NCBI GenBank assembly: GCA_964418565.1
Contig: CAYQMB010000001.1
Coordinates: 14,433-78,432, forward strand
Reading direction: 5' to 3'
DNA: 64,000 bases
From: an uncultured Bacteroidales bacterium
GTDB lineage: Bacteria > Bacteroidota > Bacteroidia > Bacteroidales > ML635J-15
The stretch's first letter is position 1, and each line of letters begins with the position of its first letter. A model generated the notes under the pieces. The model saw only the letters and a program-made list of their open reading frames with translations. It had not been told where the DNA came from and made no database searches. Positions 38,227 through 47,515 of the stretch are shown here, piece by piece. A program made the position numbers and the translations under genes.

Positions 38227-39516
38227 TCAGAGATTAAAGCGTTTTTTAATGGTTGCCACATAATCAAGTTTCTCCCAGGTAAACAATTCTACATCCAAAC
38301 TTGTATCCCCGTTGTAAGGAGAATGAAAGTGTTTTGTGACTTTTCTGGGGGTTCTTCCCAGGTGACCATAGGTTGCTGTTTCCATGTAAATTGGATTCCG
38401 CAATTTCAACCTGCTTTCGATGGCATTTGGTGACAAAGTGAAAATGGCCCTGATTTCCCGGGCAACATCACCATCGCTTTTATTTACTTTAGAAGTGCCG
38501 TACGTATTAACAAACACACTAACCGGTTCTGCAATGCCAATCGCATACGATAACTGTACCAGCATTTCATCAGCAACACCGGTTGCCACCATATTTTTTG
38601 CAATATGCCGGGCTGCATAAGCTGCAGACCTGTCAACTTTTGAGGGATCTTTTCCTGAAAAAGCACCACCACCGTGAGCACCGCGACCACCATAAGTGTC
38701 CACAATAATTTTGCGTCCGGTAAGGCCGGTATCACCATGCGGGCCACCAATAACGAATTTACCGGTAGGGTTAACGTGCAGATTGTATTCATAATCAAAC
38801 AATGTCTGAACACGTTTGGACATGGCTTTAATGACCCGGGGAATCAAAATATTTTTCACATCTGTTTTGATCTTTTCTATCATGGCATTATCCGCCACTT
38901 TAGCAGCTTCGGTCCCGCCATTTTCCGGGGTGATAAACTCATCATGCTGGGTAGAAACAACAATGGTATCAATTTTAATGGCTTTATGGTCATCATCGTA
39001 CTCCACACTCACCTGAGATTTTGAATCAGGCCGCAGATAGGTCATTTCTTTGCCTTCACGACGAATCGCTGCCAGCTCCTGCAATAACCTGTGAGACAAT
39101 TCCAATGGCAAAGGCATATAATCATCTGTTTCACGGCAGGCATACCCAAACATCATACCCTGGTCGCCAGCGCCCTGTTCTTCAGGCTGATTTTTATCCA
39201 CACCACGGTTAATATCCGGTGATTGTTCGTGCAAGGCAGTAAGCACACCACAGGAATTTCCATCAAAACGATATTCCCCTTTTGTATAGCCTATATCATT
39301 AACTACACGACGCACAGTTTCCTGAACATCAACGTAAGTTTCTGATTTAACCTCACCAGCAACCACTACCTGTCCGGTAGTTACAAGTGTTTCACAAGCA
39401 ACTTTTGAATCCGAATCAAAAGCCATAAACTCATCTACAAGTGCATCAGATATCTGATCAGCAACTTTGTCCGGATGGCCCTCAGAAACAGATTCTGAAG
39501 TAAAAATATAAGACAT
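38227..39516 (-). CDS. metK: S-adenosylmethionine synthetase
   Basis: 429 aa. Canonical MetK motifs are present ([40 protein letters not shown]). Confidence 0.97.
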   Translation of the reverse strand: MSYIFTSESVSEGHPDKVADQISDALVDEFMAFDSDSKVACETLVTTGQVVVAGEVKSETYVDVQETVRRVVNDIGYTKGEYRFDGNSCGVLTALHEQSPDINRGVDKNQPEEQGAGDQGMMFGYACRETDDYMPLPLELSHRLLQELAAIRREGKEMTYLRPDSKSQVSVEYDDDHKAIKIDTIVVSTQHDEFITPENGGTEAAKVADNAMIEKIKTDVKNILIPRVIKAMSKRVQTLFDYEYNLHVNPTGKFVIGGPHGDTGLTGRKIIVDTYGGRGAHGGGAFSGKDPSKVDRSAAYAARHIAKNMVATGVADEMLVQLSYAIGIAEPVSVFVNTYGTSKVNKSDGDVAREIRAIFTLSPNAIESRLKLRNPIYMETATYGHLGRTPRKVTKHFHSPYNGDTSLDVELFTWEKLDYVATIKKRFNL

Positions 39517-39552
39517 AGTAAATTATTTTAAAACGGTATAAATTTAAAAATT

Positions 39553-39560
39553 CAAATTTA
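39553..39560 (-). promoter_or_regulatory. -7 promoter box TAAATTTG (minus strand) upstream of metK
   Basis: The plus strand reads CAAATTTA, 36 nt upstream of the metK ATG at 39516. Confidence 0.4.
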
Positions 39561-39609
39561 CACAAGGATTTAATTAATCCAAATTATTTCACAAATCTAA
39601 GCAGAATAC

Positions 39610-39617
39610 TATCTTTG
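39610..39617 (+). promoter_or_regulatory. -7 promoter box TATCTTTG upstream of the bactofilin/atp gene string
   Basis: Exact TAnnTTTG match 25 nt upstream of the ATG at 39642. Confidence 0.45.
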
Positions 39618-39641
39618 CATAAAGCAGTAAAATTAAAAAAA

Positions 39642-40028
39642 ATGGCTAAAACACAGGAAACAGAAGTAAATCGCCTCAATGTAATTGGGGAAGGAACCAC
39701 CCTCAACGGGGATATCAAATCTGACGGCGATGTCAGAATTGATGGTTCTATTACAGGAAACATCACCCTTGAAGGTAAGCTGGTTATTGGTAAAAACGGC
39801 ACCATAAACGGCGAAATACGTTGTAAAAACAGTGAAGTAAATGGAACTGTAGAAGGCAAACTGTTTGTCAGCGAATTACTCAACCTTAAGTCTACCGCTG
39901 TCATTAAGGGTGATATTAAAACCAGCAAGCTTGCCATTGAGCCAAATGCTGTATTTACCGGCACCTGCAACATGGATGGCGGTCAAAGTGTTAGCACAGT
40001 GAAAGATGGAAAATCCAGAAAACAATAA
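39642..40028 (+). CDS. bactofilin (polymer-forming cytoskeletal protein, DUF583)
   Basis: 128 aa from the ATG at 39642. Repetitive beta-helix pattern (GDIKSDGDVRIDGSITGNITLEGKLVIGKNGTINGEIRCKNSEVNGTVEGKL...) typical of bactofilins. Confidence 0.85.
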   Translation: MAKTQETEVNRLNVIGEGTTLNGDIKSDGDVRIDGSITGNITLEGKLVIGKNGTINGEIRCKNSEVNGTVEGKLFVSELLNLKSTAVIKGDIKTSKLAIEPNAVFTGTCNMDGGQSVSTVKDGKSRKQ

Positions 40029-40236
40029 AAAGACTGATCCGTTAAAATCCTACGCCCGTTTTTCGGGCATTGTTTTCGAAATGCTTGTCATTATTGGCGG
40101 AGGTACCTGGGGAGGCCATGCACTGGATCAATCACGGGATGGTGATTTCCCCCTTTTTACTGTTATTTTCTCTCTGCTGGCTGTCGGTATTGCGCTTTAC
40201 CTGGTAATAAAACAGGTGATAAATTTAAATAAATGA
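40006..40236 (+). CDS. atpZ: AtpZ/AtpI-family small membrane protein
   Basis: 76 aa with two hydrophobic helices. The YARFSGIVFEMLVIIGGGTWGGHALD pattern is like AtpZ/AtpI-family proteins preceding atp operons. It overlaps the bactofilin 3' end by 23 nt. Confidence 0.7.
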   Translation: MENPENNKKTDPLKSYARFSGIVFEMLVIIGGGTWGGHALDQSRDGDFPLFTVIFSLLAVGIALYLVIKQVINLNK

Positions 40237-40625
40237 AAAACAAAAGCATCAGCATAAAATTCTGGCTAAACATCAGCATTCTTGCACTGATTATACTGGC
40301 TCTGGAGTTTTTATCCGCATGGCTGATTTATGACAGCCTCCCTGAACCTCGTGAAATCATTGGCAATGCATTTCTATATGGCCTTACCGGGCTGTCCTTT
40401 AGCGTGTTCCTCAAATTCAAAAACAAGCACCCCGATTATGCCGGCTTTATTTTCGGCGGCCTCAGCATGGCTAAAATGCTACTTGCTGTAGTTTTTCTTT
40501 TACCTGTGTTGTTAAACAGTCATGTTAAAGAACTGTATTTTGTCATACAGTTTTTGATAATTTATGTTTTATATTTGTTCTATGAATCGTACGTTCTCAT
40601 AAAAATGATGCAATCTGAGGGTTGA
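40233..40625 (+). CDS. hypothetical 4-TM membrane protein (possible AtpI-like accessory protein)
   Basis: 130 aa with four hydrophobic segments. An ATGA start/stop overlap with atpZ (40233-40236) suggests translational coupling. Confidence 0.5.
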   Translation: MKNKSISIKFWLNISILALIILALEFLSAWLIYDSLPEPREIIGNAFLYGLTGLSFSVFLKFKNKHPDYAGFIFGGLSMAKMLLAVVFLLPVLLNSHVKELYFVIQFLIIYVLYLFYESYVLIKMMQSEG

Positions 40626-40688
40626 TTTACGAATAGCAATGCAATCCCATATTTTTTTTATTTGATTTTTTTTTAGCACTTTTGATGA

Positions 40689-41792
40689 ATGATGAGTTGG
40701 AGTTATAAAATAGCATTTTTTCTGGCATTACTACTTACACCTGCCTTTGTAATGGCTGAAGAAGAGCCAATTGAAGACATCCATGTTGATGATGAGGAGT
40801 TTGACGTTACCGAAATGGTATTTGACCATATTATGGATAGTCACTCCTGGCATATCCTTGATTATACAGATAATTCCGGTCACAAACATCCGGTAAGCAT
40901 ACCGCTTCCGGTGATTCTTTATCACAATGGAGATTTGGACGTGTTTATGTCATCAGCGTTTGACCATGGTCATGCAACAGTTAAGAAAGGCGATAAATAT
41001 TATTTTCTCCATGAAGGTGACATTTACCTTACTGATGCAGACGGCAATCTCCATCATAAAACAAATGAAGAAACAGGAAAAACTGTAATCACCAACGAAA
41101 AACCACTGGATCTTTCCATAACCAAAAATGCTGCAGCCATGATTATATCAGCATTATTTTTGATGCTGATTTTTATACCGGTAGCCCGTGCTTACAAAAA
41201 AAGGCCAGGCAAACCAGCCGGGCTGCAAAGTTTTATGGAGCCCTTGTTTCTCTTTATCAGGGATGATATTGCCAAACCCAACATTGGTGAAAAATATGAG
41301 AAATACCTTCCCTATATAATGACAGTTTTCTTTTTCATTCTGATAAACAATCTGTTGGGTCTGGTACCTTTTTTCCCGGGAGGAGCTAATGTGACTGGGA
41401 ACATTGCAGTTACCGGTACATTGGCAGCATTTACCCTTGTCATTACCAATGTAAGCGGATCCAAACAATACTGGAAGCATATATTTGCAACCCCCGGACT
41501 ACCATTTTGGTTGTATCCGATTATGATACCTGTAGAACTGATTGGCATCATCACAAAACCCTTTGCCCTTATGGTACGTTTGTTTGCAAACATTACCGCA
41601 GGGCACATCATTGTGCTGAGCCTGGTTTCCCTGATATTTATTTTTAAAACGGCTCTGATGGGCTTCGTTTCTGTTCCCTTTGTTCTGTTTATGGACATAC
41701 TGGAAATCCTCGTTGCTGTCATTCAGGCTTATATATTTGCATTGCTGTCGGCCCTGTTTATCGGACTGGCACTTGAAAATGATCACGATTAA
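40689..41792 (+). CDS. atpB: F0F1 ATP synthase subunit a
   Basis: 367 aa. The C-terminal ~235 aa are subunit-a-like, including the essential Arg context MVRLFANITAGHI. The N-terminal ~130 aa form an extra acidic, His-rich extension. Confidence 0.92.
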   Translation: MMSWSYKIAFFLALLLTPAFVMAEEEPIEDIHVDDEEFDVTEMVFDHIMDSHSWHILDYTDNSGHKHPVSIPLPVILYHNGDLDVFMSSAFDHGHATVKKGDKYYFLHEGDIYLTDADGNLHHKTNEETGKTVITNEKPLDLSITKNAAAMIISALFLMLIFIPVARAYKKRPGKPAGLQSFMEPLFLFIRDDIAKPNIGEKYEKYLPYIMTVFFFILINNLLGLVPFFPGGANVTGNIAVTGTLAAFTLVITNVSGSKQYWKHIFATPGLPFWLYPIMIPVELIGIITKPFALMVRLFANITAGHIIVLSLVSLIFIFKTALMGFVSVPFVLFMDILEILVAVIQAYIFALLSALFIGLALENDHD

Positions 41793-41822
41793 GAACTTTA
41801 TGTTTCATTTAAACTATATATT

Positions 41823-42026
41823 ATGGTACAATTAGCAGCAATAGGTGCCGGTATTGCAGTGATAGGAGCTGCAATCGGTATCGGAAGAATTGGCGGCCAG
41901 GCAATGGATGCCATTGCACGTCAGCCAGAAGCAGCAGGCAAAATCCAGACAGCTATGATTATTTCAGCTGCCCTGATTGAGGGTGTTTCCCTCTTCGCTG
42001 TCGTAGTATCTTTGCTTGTCGCGTAA
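41823..42026 (+). CDS. atpE: F0F1 ATP synthase subunit c
   Basis: 67 aa helical hairpin with the ARQPE loop and a carboxylate in AALIEGVSLF. Confidence 0.95.
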   Translation: MVQLAAIGAGIAVIGAAIGIGRIGGQAMDAIARQPEAAGKIQTAMIISAALIEGVSLFAVVVSLLVA

Positions 42027-42037
42027 GTTTTTTTATG

Positions 42038-42064
42038 TTTTCCGCAGCGGTTGGCTGCGGAAAA
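42038..42064 (+). other. perfect 11-bp intercistronic hairpin between atpE and atpF
   Basis: TTTTCCGCAGC (42038-42048) pairs with GCTGCGGAAAA (42054-42064), with loop GGTTG. No T-run follows, so it is not a classical terminator. Confidence 0.6.
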
Positions 42065-42092
42065 CATGTTTAACATTAAAAATACGCAAATT

Positions 42093-42587
42093 ATGGATCT
42101 CATTACTCCAGGATTAGGATTGATCGTTTGGACAACGCTTGTCTTTTTGATTCTTCTTGTCGTGCTCGGAAAATTCGCATGGAAGCCAATCAACCAGGCC
42201 ATCAACAAACGGAACGAATCCATTGATAAAGCCCTGAATCAGGCTGAAAAAGCCCGTGAGGATATTAAAAACCTGAAATCTGAACAGGACAAAATCATCA
42301 ATGATGCTAAGCAAGAGCGTGATGGCATTCTTAAAGAAGCCAAAGACATGCGCGAAGAAATGGTTGCCAAAGCTAAGGAAGAAACCAACTTGATGGTGGA
42401 TAAAATGAAAGCTGAAGCCAGGCATGATATTGACAATCAAAAACAACAGGCTCTTGGTGAAATTAAAGATCAGATGGCCGACTTGTCAATATCAATCGCT
42501 GAGCATTTGTTGAAAGAAGAACTCAAGGATAAGAAAAAACAAAACACATTGGTTGAACAGCTCCTTGACGATGTAAAACTAAATTAA
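42093..42587 (+). CDS. atpF: F0F1 ATP synthase subunit b
   Basis: MDLITPGLGLIVWTTLVFLILLVVL is an N-terminal TM helix, followed by a long charged coiled-coil. I prefer the ATG at 42093 over the ORF-track start at 42051. Confidence 0.87.
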   Translation: MDLITPGLGLIVWTTLVFLILLVVLGKFAWKPINQAINKRNESIDKALNQAEKAREDIKNLKSEQDKIINDAKQERDGILKEAKDMREEMVAKAKEETNLMVDKMKAEARHDIDNQKQQALGEIKDQMADLSISIAEHLLKEELKDKKKQNTLVEQLLDDVKLN

Positions 42588-42600
42588 CTGCAGTGAAATT

Positions 42601-43149
42601 ATGGATCAGAGCCGAATAGCTGTCAGATATGCACGCGCTGCCTTTGAACTTGCACAGGAGCAGAACAAACTCGATGTGCTGGTTGAAGATATGCGTCACC
42701 TGAATAAGCTGTTCAGTGATAACAGCGACCTGCTTCAGTTCTTTGACAATCCTGTAATTAAAAAATCAGAGAAGCTGAAAACAGTTAATAAGCTGTTCAC
42801 TGACAATTTGAACGATTTCAGTGTGAATTTCATCCGGCTGATTGTTCAACACCACAGGGAAAAACAAATACAGGCAATATGCCGCCGTATTGACAGCCTC
42901 TATAAAACGCATAAAGGCATTCAGTCACTTGAAATTCGCTCTGCAGACAAACTGGATGACAAAAGCAGGAAAAAACTTTCTGAAAGCGTTAAATCCGCAC
43001 TGGGAGCAAAAGAAATCGAACTCAAAGAAACCGTGGACAATGAACTTATCGGAGGCTTTGTCCTTCGCACGGATGATTTACAATACGACGCCAGCATAAA
43101 AACACAGCTGGATAAATTAAAACGACATTTTAAAGAAACATTACTTTGA
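42601..43149 (+). CDS. atpH: F0F1 ATP synthase subunit delta (OSCP)
   Basis: 182 aa. The position between atpF and atpA and an OSCP-like pattern (VARRYA-type N-terminus IAVRYARAAFELA) support the call. Confidence 0.88.
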   Translation: MDQSRIAVRYARAAFELAQEQNKLDVLVEDMRHLNKLFSDNSDLLQFFDNPVIKKSEKLKTVNKLFTDNLNDFSVNFIRLIVQHHREKQIQAICRRIDSLYKTHKGIQSLEIRSADKLDDKSRKKLSESVKSALGAKEIELKETVDNELIGGFVLRTDDLQYDASIKTQLDKLKRHFKETLL

Positions 43150-43166
43150 TTAAATCACGTTAAGAT

Positions 43167-44747
43167 ATGGCTCAGATTAACCCGGCAGAAGTATCAAAAA
43201 TTTTGAAACAGCAACTCAGCGGACATGATGTTGACGCTGAACTGCAAGAAGTTGGAACCGTCCTGGAAGTTGGAGACGGCATTGCCCGACTGTATGGCTT
43301 AACCAAAGTACAGGCAAACGAACTGATTGAATTTGAAAACGGCGTGAAGGGCATCGTGCTTAATATTGAAGAAGACAATATCGGTGTTGTGTTGCTCGGT
43401 CCTTCTGAAGGCATTAAGGAAGGCGATTCAGCAAAACGCACCAAACGCATTTCTTCTATCAAAGTGGGTGAAAACATGATGGGCCGCGTTGTCAACACCC
43501 TTGGTGAACCCATCGACGGTAAAGGCCCGATTAAAGGAGAATCCTTTGACATGCCGCTTGAGCGTAAAGCTCCGGGGGTAATTTACAGACAGCCCGTGAA
43601 TGAACCGCTGCAAACCGGTATAAAAGCCATTGACGCTATGACACCGATTGGCCGTGGCCAGCGAGAGCTCATCATTGGCGATCGCCAGACCGGTAAAACA
43701 GCCATTACCATTGATACCATCATCAATCAACGTGAAAATTACGAAAACGGCGAACCGGTATTCTGCATATACGTTGCTATCGGCCAGAAAGGCTCAACAG
43801 TAGCCAGCATTGCAGCTACGCTTGAAGAACATGGTGCTATGGATTACACATGTATCGTAGCAGCCAACGCTTCTGACCCTGCAGCGCTGCAGTATTATGC
43901 CCCGTATGCAGGTGCCGCTATTGGTGAATATTACCGTGATACAGGCCGTTCTGCCCTTATCGTTTATGATGATTTATCAAAGCAGGCTGTTTCATACCGT
44001 GAGGTATCGCTTCTGCTCAGGCGCCCGCCCGGCCGCGAAGCTTATCCGGGAGATGTATTCTACCTGCACTCCCGTTTGCTCGAAAGAGCCTCCAAGATCA
44101 TTGAATCAGACGATATAGCCAAACAAATGAATGATGTCCCCGAACCCTTAAAAGACAAAGTAAAAGGTGGCGGTTCGCTGACAGCATTACCCATCATTGA
44201 AACCCAGGCAGGCGATGTTTCTGCTTACATTCCCACCAACGTTATTTCCATTACGGATGGCCAGATTTTCCTGGATTCTGACTTGTTCAACTCCGGTGTC
44301 AGGCCTGCAATTAACGTTGGTATATCTGTATCACGTGTAGGTGGTAACGCTCAGGTGAAAGCGATGAAAAAGGTTGCCAGCCCGCTGAAAACGGCACAGG
44401 CACAATTCCGTGAACTTGAGGCTTTTGCAAAATTCGGTTCTGATCTTGATAAAGCCACCCTCGCAACCATTGATGCTGGTCGCAAAAACGTTCAGATACT
44501 GAAGCAACCTCAGTATTCCCCAATGAAAGTGGCTGATCAGATTGCCATTATTTTTGCAGGTGTAAATAAAATGCTCAGAAATGTTCCGGAAGACAAGGTT
44601 AAAGATTTTGAAGAAGCCTTCCTGGAACACATGAACATGAAGCATAAAGATGTACTCAAGCAATTAGCAGAAGGGAAATACACAGATGAAATCAAAGAAA
44701 CCCTGACTACCGTTGCTAAGGATATACGGACACAATTTGAAAAATAA
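43167..44747 (+). CDS. atpA: F0F1 ATP synthase subunit alpha
   Basis: 526 aa. Walker A GDRQTGKT, and canonical alpha-subunit sequence throughout. Confidence 0.98.
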   Translation: MAQINPAEVSKILKQQLSGHDVDAELQEVGTVLEVGDGIARLYGLTKVQANELIEFENGVKGIVLNIEEDNIGVVLLGPSEGIKEGDSAKRTKRISSIKVGENMMGRVVNTLGEPIDGKGPIKGESFDMPLERKAPGVIYRQPVNEPLQTGIKAIDAMTPIGRGQRELIIGDRQTGKTAITIDTIINQRENYENGEPVFCIYVAIGQKGSTVASIAATLEEHGAMDYTCIVAANASDPAALQYYAPYAGAAIGEYYRDTGRSALIVYDDLSKQAVSYREVSLLLRRPPGREAYPGDVFYLHSRLLERASKIIESDDIAKQMNDVPEPLKDKVKGGGSLTALPIIETQAGDVSAYIPTNVISITDGQIFLDSDLFNSGVRPAINVGISVSRVGGNAQVKAMKKVASPLKTAQAQFRELEAFAKFGSDLDKATLATIDAGRKNVQILKQPQYSPMKVADQIAIIFAGVNKMLRNVPEDKVKDFEEAFLEHMNMKHKDVLKQLAEGKYTDEIKETLTTVAKDIRTQFEK

Positions 44748-44753
44748 TTTTGA

Positions 44754-45614
44754 ATGGCCAATTTAAAAGAAATACGAAGTCGAATCAGCTCCGTAAAATC
44801 AACGCGGCAAATTACCAGTGCCATGAAAATGGTATCGGCAGCCAAATTGCGGAAGGCTCAGAATCGTATTGAGCAGCTCAGGCCATACGCTGATCAACTA
44901 AAGCATATATTGTCTTATGTCGGTCAGAGCATGGCTGAAGACAAAGATTTTGTCTATTCCCGTCAACGCCCGGTAAAAAATGTCATGATTGTCATGATAT
45001 CTTCAAACAAAGGCCTATGCGGGAGCTTTAATGCTAATGTTGTAAAGCGCACCATTAGTGAAATTCAGGATAGCTATCAGGATGCCAATGTTGATATTTT
45101 TGCTATTGGCAGCAAAGCTGCCGAGATATCAAAAAAACATAACTTTAACATTGTCAAAAAAGAAACTGAGATTTTTGATGAACTCAGCTTTGAAACGGCA
45201 TCAGAAATTGCCGGTAACCTGATGCGGGATTTTGTCAATGAAAAATACGATAAAATTATCTGTATTTACAACAGCTTCGTTAATGCAGCAGCACAACGCT
45301 TAAAGGCTGAGCAGTTTTTACCTGTCGAAATTTCAGAAGAGGAGAAAGAAAGCTCAAATTATATTTTTGAGCCGGACAAGAGCACGATAACCCGGGATTT
45401 AATTCCCCGGTCGCTTAAAACGCAGTTTTTCAAAGCCTTGCTTGACTCCAATGCATCCGAACACGGGGCACGCATGACATCCATGCAGCAGGCAACAGAC
45501 AATGCCACGGATCTGCTTGAAGATATCACCCTGCAATACAACAAGGCCCGTCAATCAGCAATTACCAATGAGATTCTGGAAATTGTCAGTGGTGCCAATG
45601 CATTAAAAGGTTAA
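44754..45614 (+). CDS. atpG: F0F1 ATP synthase subunit gamma
   Basis: 286 aa. N-terminal MANLKEIRSRISSVKSTRQITSAMKMVSAAKLRKAQ and C-terminal ITNEILEIVSGA are typical of gamma. Confidence 0.95.
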   Translation: MANLKEIRSRISSVKSTRQITSAMKMVSAAKLRKAQNRIEQLRPYADQLKHILSYVGQSMAEDKDFVYSRQRPVKNVMIVMISSNKGLCGSFNANVVKRTISEIQDSYQDANVDIFAIGSKAAEISKKHNFNIVKKETEIFDELSFETASEIAGNLMRDFVNEKYDKIICIYNSFVNAAAQRLKAEQFLPVEISEEEKESSNYIFEPDKSTITRDLIPRSLKTQFFKALLDSNASEHGARMTSMQQATDNATDLLEDITLQYNKARQSAITNEILEIVSGANALKG

Positions 45615-45635
45615 TAAGATTTGTTTTAATACATG

Positions 45636-45667
45636 GCCGTTGCGGAAAACTGCAGCGGCTTTTTTTT
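45636..45667 (+). terminator. rho-independent terminator after atpG
   Basis: 8-bp stem GCCGTTGC/GCAGCGGC (one G-U pair), 8-nt loop, then T8 run. The T-run overlaps the stop codon of the convergent gene (45666-45668). Confidence 0.7.
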
Positions 45668-47348
45668 AGTCGGTAAGAGCCTGCGAAACATTGATAATGT
45701 GATCACCAATATTTTCAGACACAGAAACCATATCCAGAAACAACACACCCGCCTGATATCGGTATTCTTTCTTTTTGACATCATCAATGGTTGAATCTTT
45801 CAACGAATTTCTGCAATCGTTAATATTGTTTTCAAGATCATATGCCAGATTCATATCCACTCTTTTTCCTTCCAGCCCTGCATGCAGGTTTTTCTGCATA
45901 TGATCAAATGCCGCATCAACACGATTGAATATGTCACTAATCTGATCCCGCAGTTCCGGGGTAAACCACACCCGGTTTTCTGATTTTCGTTTCAGGATGC
46001 GGCCAAGGTTATAACAGTTATCAGCAATGCTTTCAATATTATCACTGATTTTAAGCATGGAGCGGATTTTCCGGCTTGCGCTGATGGACAAATCGGTTTC
46101 AGATAGCTGACTCAGATAGTTTGCAATTTCAGCCTCATTCTCATCCATCTGGTTTTCCATAATCTCCAGCTCTTCAAAAAGATTTTGAATCTTTGTCGGG
46201 TTCGTTTCCTTAAACATGTGCCCAACAAGCCGATACATATCATAAGCCTGGTCAGTATAATTGTTGACTTCTTTGCGCACCTGAAGCATTGACATCTCCG
46301 AGGTAGAAAGTAAACCAGTGGTAATAAATTTCAGACCGGATTTTCTGCCTTTTCTTTCAGGAAATATGTTGTCGATTATTCTGACATAGGCTTTGATAAA
46401 CCAAACCATAATCAGCACATTAATACCATTAAACAATGTATGAAAAACAGAAAGTCCAATCGGCACCACCAATATGTCCGTTGCAGGTGAACTCCCCTGA
46501 AGATGGGTTGCAATCCAGTCGCTGGCATCTACCAGGGATGAAAAGAATACACTGACAATAACAGCCCCCATAAGGTTAAAGACAAAATGAGCAAGTGCAG
46601 CCTTTCTGGCCTGAATATTTGCAACCAGGGCAGCTACATTTGCAGTAACCGTAGTGCCGATATTGCTTCCGATAATCATAGCGGCTCCCATCTCAAAACC
46701 AATCCAGCCATTGCCACACATAACAAGGATCAGAGCCAGCACTGCACTTGACGACTGTACAATAAGTGTAACAACAAGACCGGCAATGATAAACAACCAC
46801 AGGTTGGCCAGGCCACTACCGGTATATTGCTTAAGAAATGCAAGCACTTCCGGATTGTTATGAATATCGGGGATGGCAATTTTTAAAAAATCCAGACCAA
46901 GAAATAGCAGAGAAAAACCAAAAAGTACTTCTCCCCATGAACGTAGGTTTTTTCGCCGCGAAAACAATAAGGGAAAACTTACGGCAATAAGAGGCAGGCA
47001 CAAGCTTCCAATTTCAATTTTAAAACCCAGAAGGGTAATTATCCATGTGGTAATGGTCGTTCCGATATTAGCTCCCAGAATAAGGGATATGCTCTCAGTA
47101 AGACTAAGCAAGCCCGCATTCACAAAGGAGATAAACATAACCGTACTGGCTGAGGAAGACTGAATAACTGCAGTAATCAACAATCCCGATAAAATGCCGG
47201 TGAAATAGTTCTTAGTCATCTTGCGCAAAACACGACGCAAGCGCTCACCCGCAACTTTCTGCATGGCTTCACTAAGCAGACGCATGCCATACAGGAAAAT
47301 CACAATGGCTCCCAGCATTTTCAATATGTGCAACAAACCAAAATCCAT
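45666..47348 (-). CDS. Na+/phosphate cotransporter family protein with C-terminal PhoU-like domain (NptA/YjbB-like)
   Basis: The N-terminal ~330 aa are polytopic membrane sequence of Na/Pi-cotransporter type (LGANIGTTIT and IGSNIGTTVT repeats). The C-terminal ~220 aa are helical and PhoU-like. I prefer the ATG at 47348 (MDFGLLHILKMLG...) over the ORF-track start at 47402. Confidence 0.87.
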   Translation of the reverse strand: MDFGLLHILKMLGAIVIFLYGMRLLSEAMQKVAGERLRRVLRKMTKNYFTGILSGLLITAVIQSSSASTVMFISFVNAGLLSLTESISLILGANIGTTITTWIITLLGFKIEIGSLCLPLIAVSFPLLFSRRKNLRSWGEVLFGFSLLFLGLDFLKIAIPDIHNNPEVLAFLKQYTGSGLANLWLFIIAGLVVTLIVQSSSAVLALILVMCGNGWIGFEMGAAMIIGSNIGTTVTANVAALVANIQARKAALAHFVFNLMGAVIVSVFFSSLVDASDWIATHLQGSSPATDILVVPIGLSVFHTLFNGINVLIMVWFIKAYVRIIDNIFPERKGRKSGLKFITTGLLSTSEMSMLQVRKEVNNYTDQAYDMYRLVGHMFKETNPTKIQNLFEELEIMENQMDENEAEIANYLSQLSETDLSISASRKIRSMLKISDNIESIADNCYNLGRILKRKSENRVWFTPELRDQISDIFNRVDAAFDHMQKNLHAGLEGKRVDMNLAYDLENNINDCRNSLKDSTIDDVKKKEYRYQAGVLFLDMVSVSENIGDHIINVSQALTD

Positions 47349-47448
47349 ACTCGTCCGGATGACTTGCAATGATACACAAGTTGTTGCTGATAAAACATAC
47401 ATTCAGGTTAAGAAAATGTAAAGTCGCATAAATGAAACAACGCCAGAA

Positions 47449-47464
47449 TTAACGTTAAGTTAAC
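47449..47464. promoter_or_regulatory. palindromic TTAAC-rich element in the divergent phosphate-transporter intergenic region
   Basis: 10-bp perfect palindrome TTAACGTTAA (47449-47458) immediately followed by GTTAAC (47459-47464). This gives three TTAA[CG] units in 16 bp. Function unknown. Confidence 0.3.
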
Positions 47465-47485
47465 ACATCGCGTTATCTATAATTT

Positions 47486-47493
47486 TAAGTTTG
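47486..47493 (+). promoter_or_regulatory. -7 promoter box TAAGTTTG upstream of the PiT gene
   Basis: Exact TAnnTTTG match 23 nt upstream of the ATG at 47516. Confidence 0.4.
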
Positions 47494-47515
47494 CTACACA
47501 ACATAAACGATAGCA

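Noticed and set aside
39517-39641. A SAM riboswitch upstream of metK.
   Set aside because: The spacer is only ~125 bp, is very AT-rich and is shared with a divergent promoter. The -7 box leaves a ~30-nt leader, too short for any SAM riboswitch class.
41823-42026. Possibility that the ATP synthase is Na+-coupled.
   Set aside because: The c-subunit lacks the Na+-binding signature. It has no Gln at the helix-1 position and reads E-G-V-S rather than E-S/T-T after the carboxylate. It resembles H+-type c subunits.
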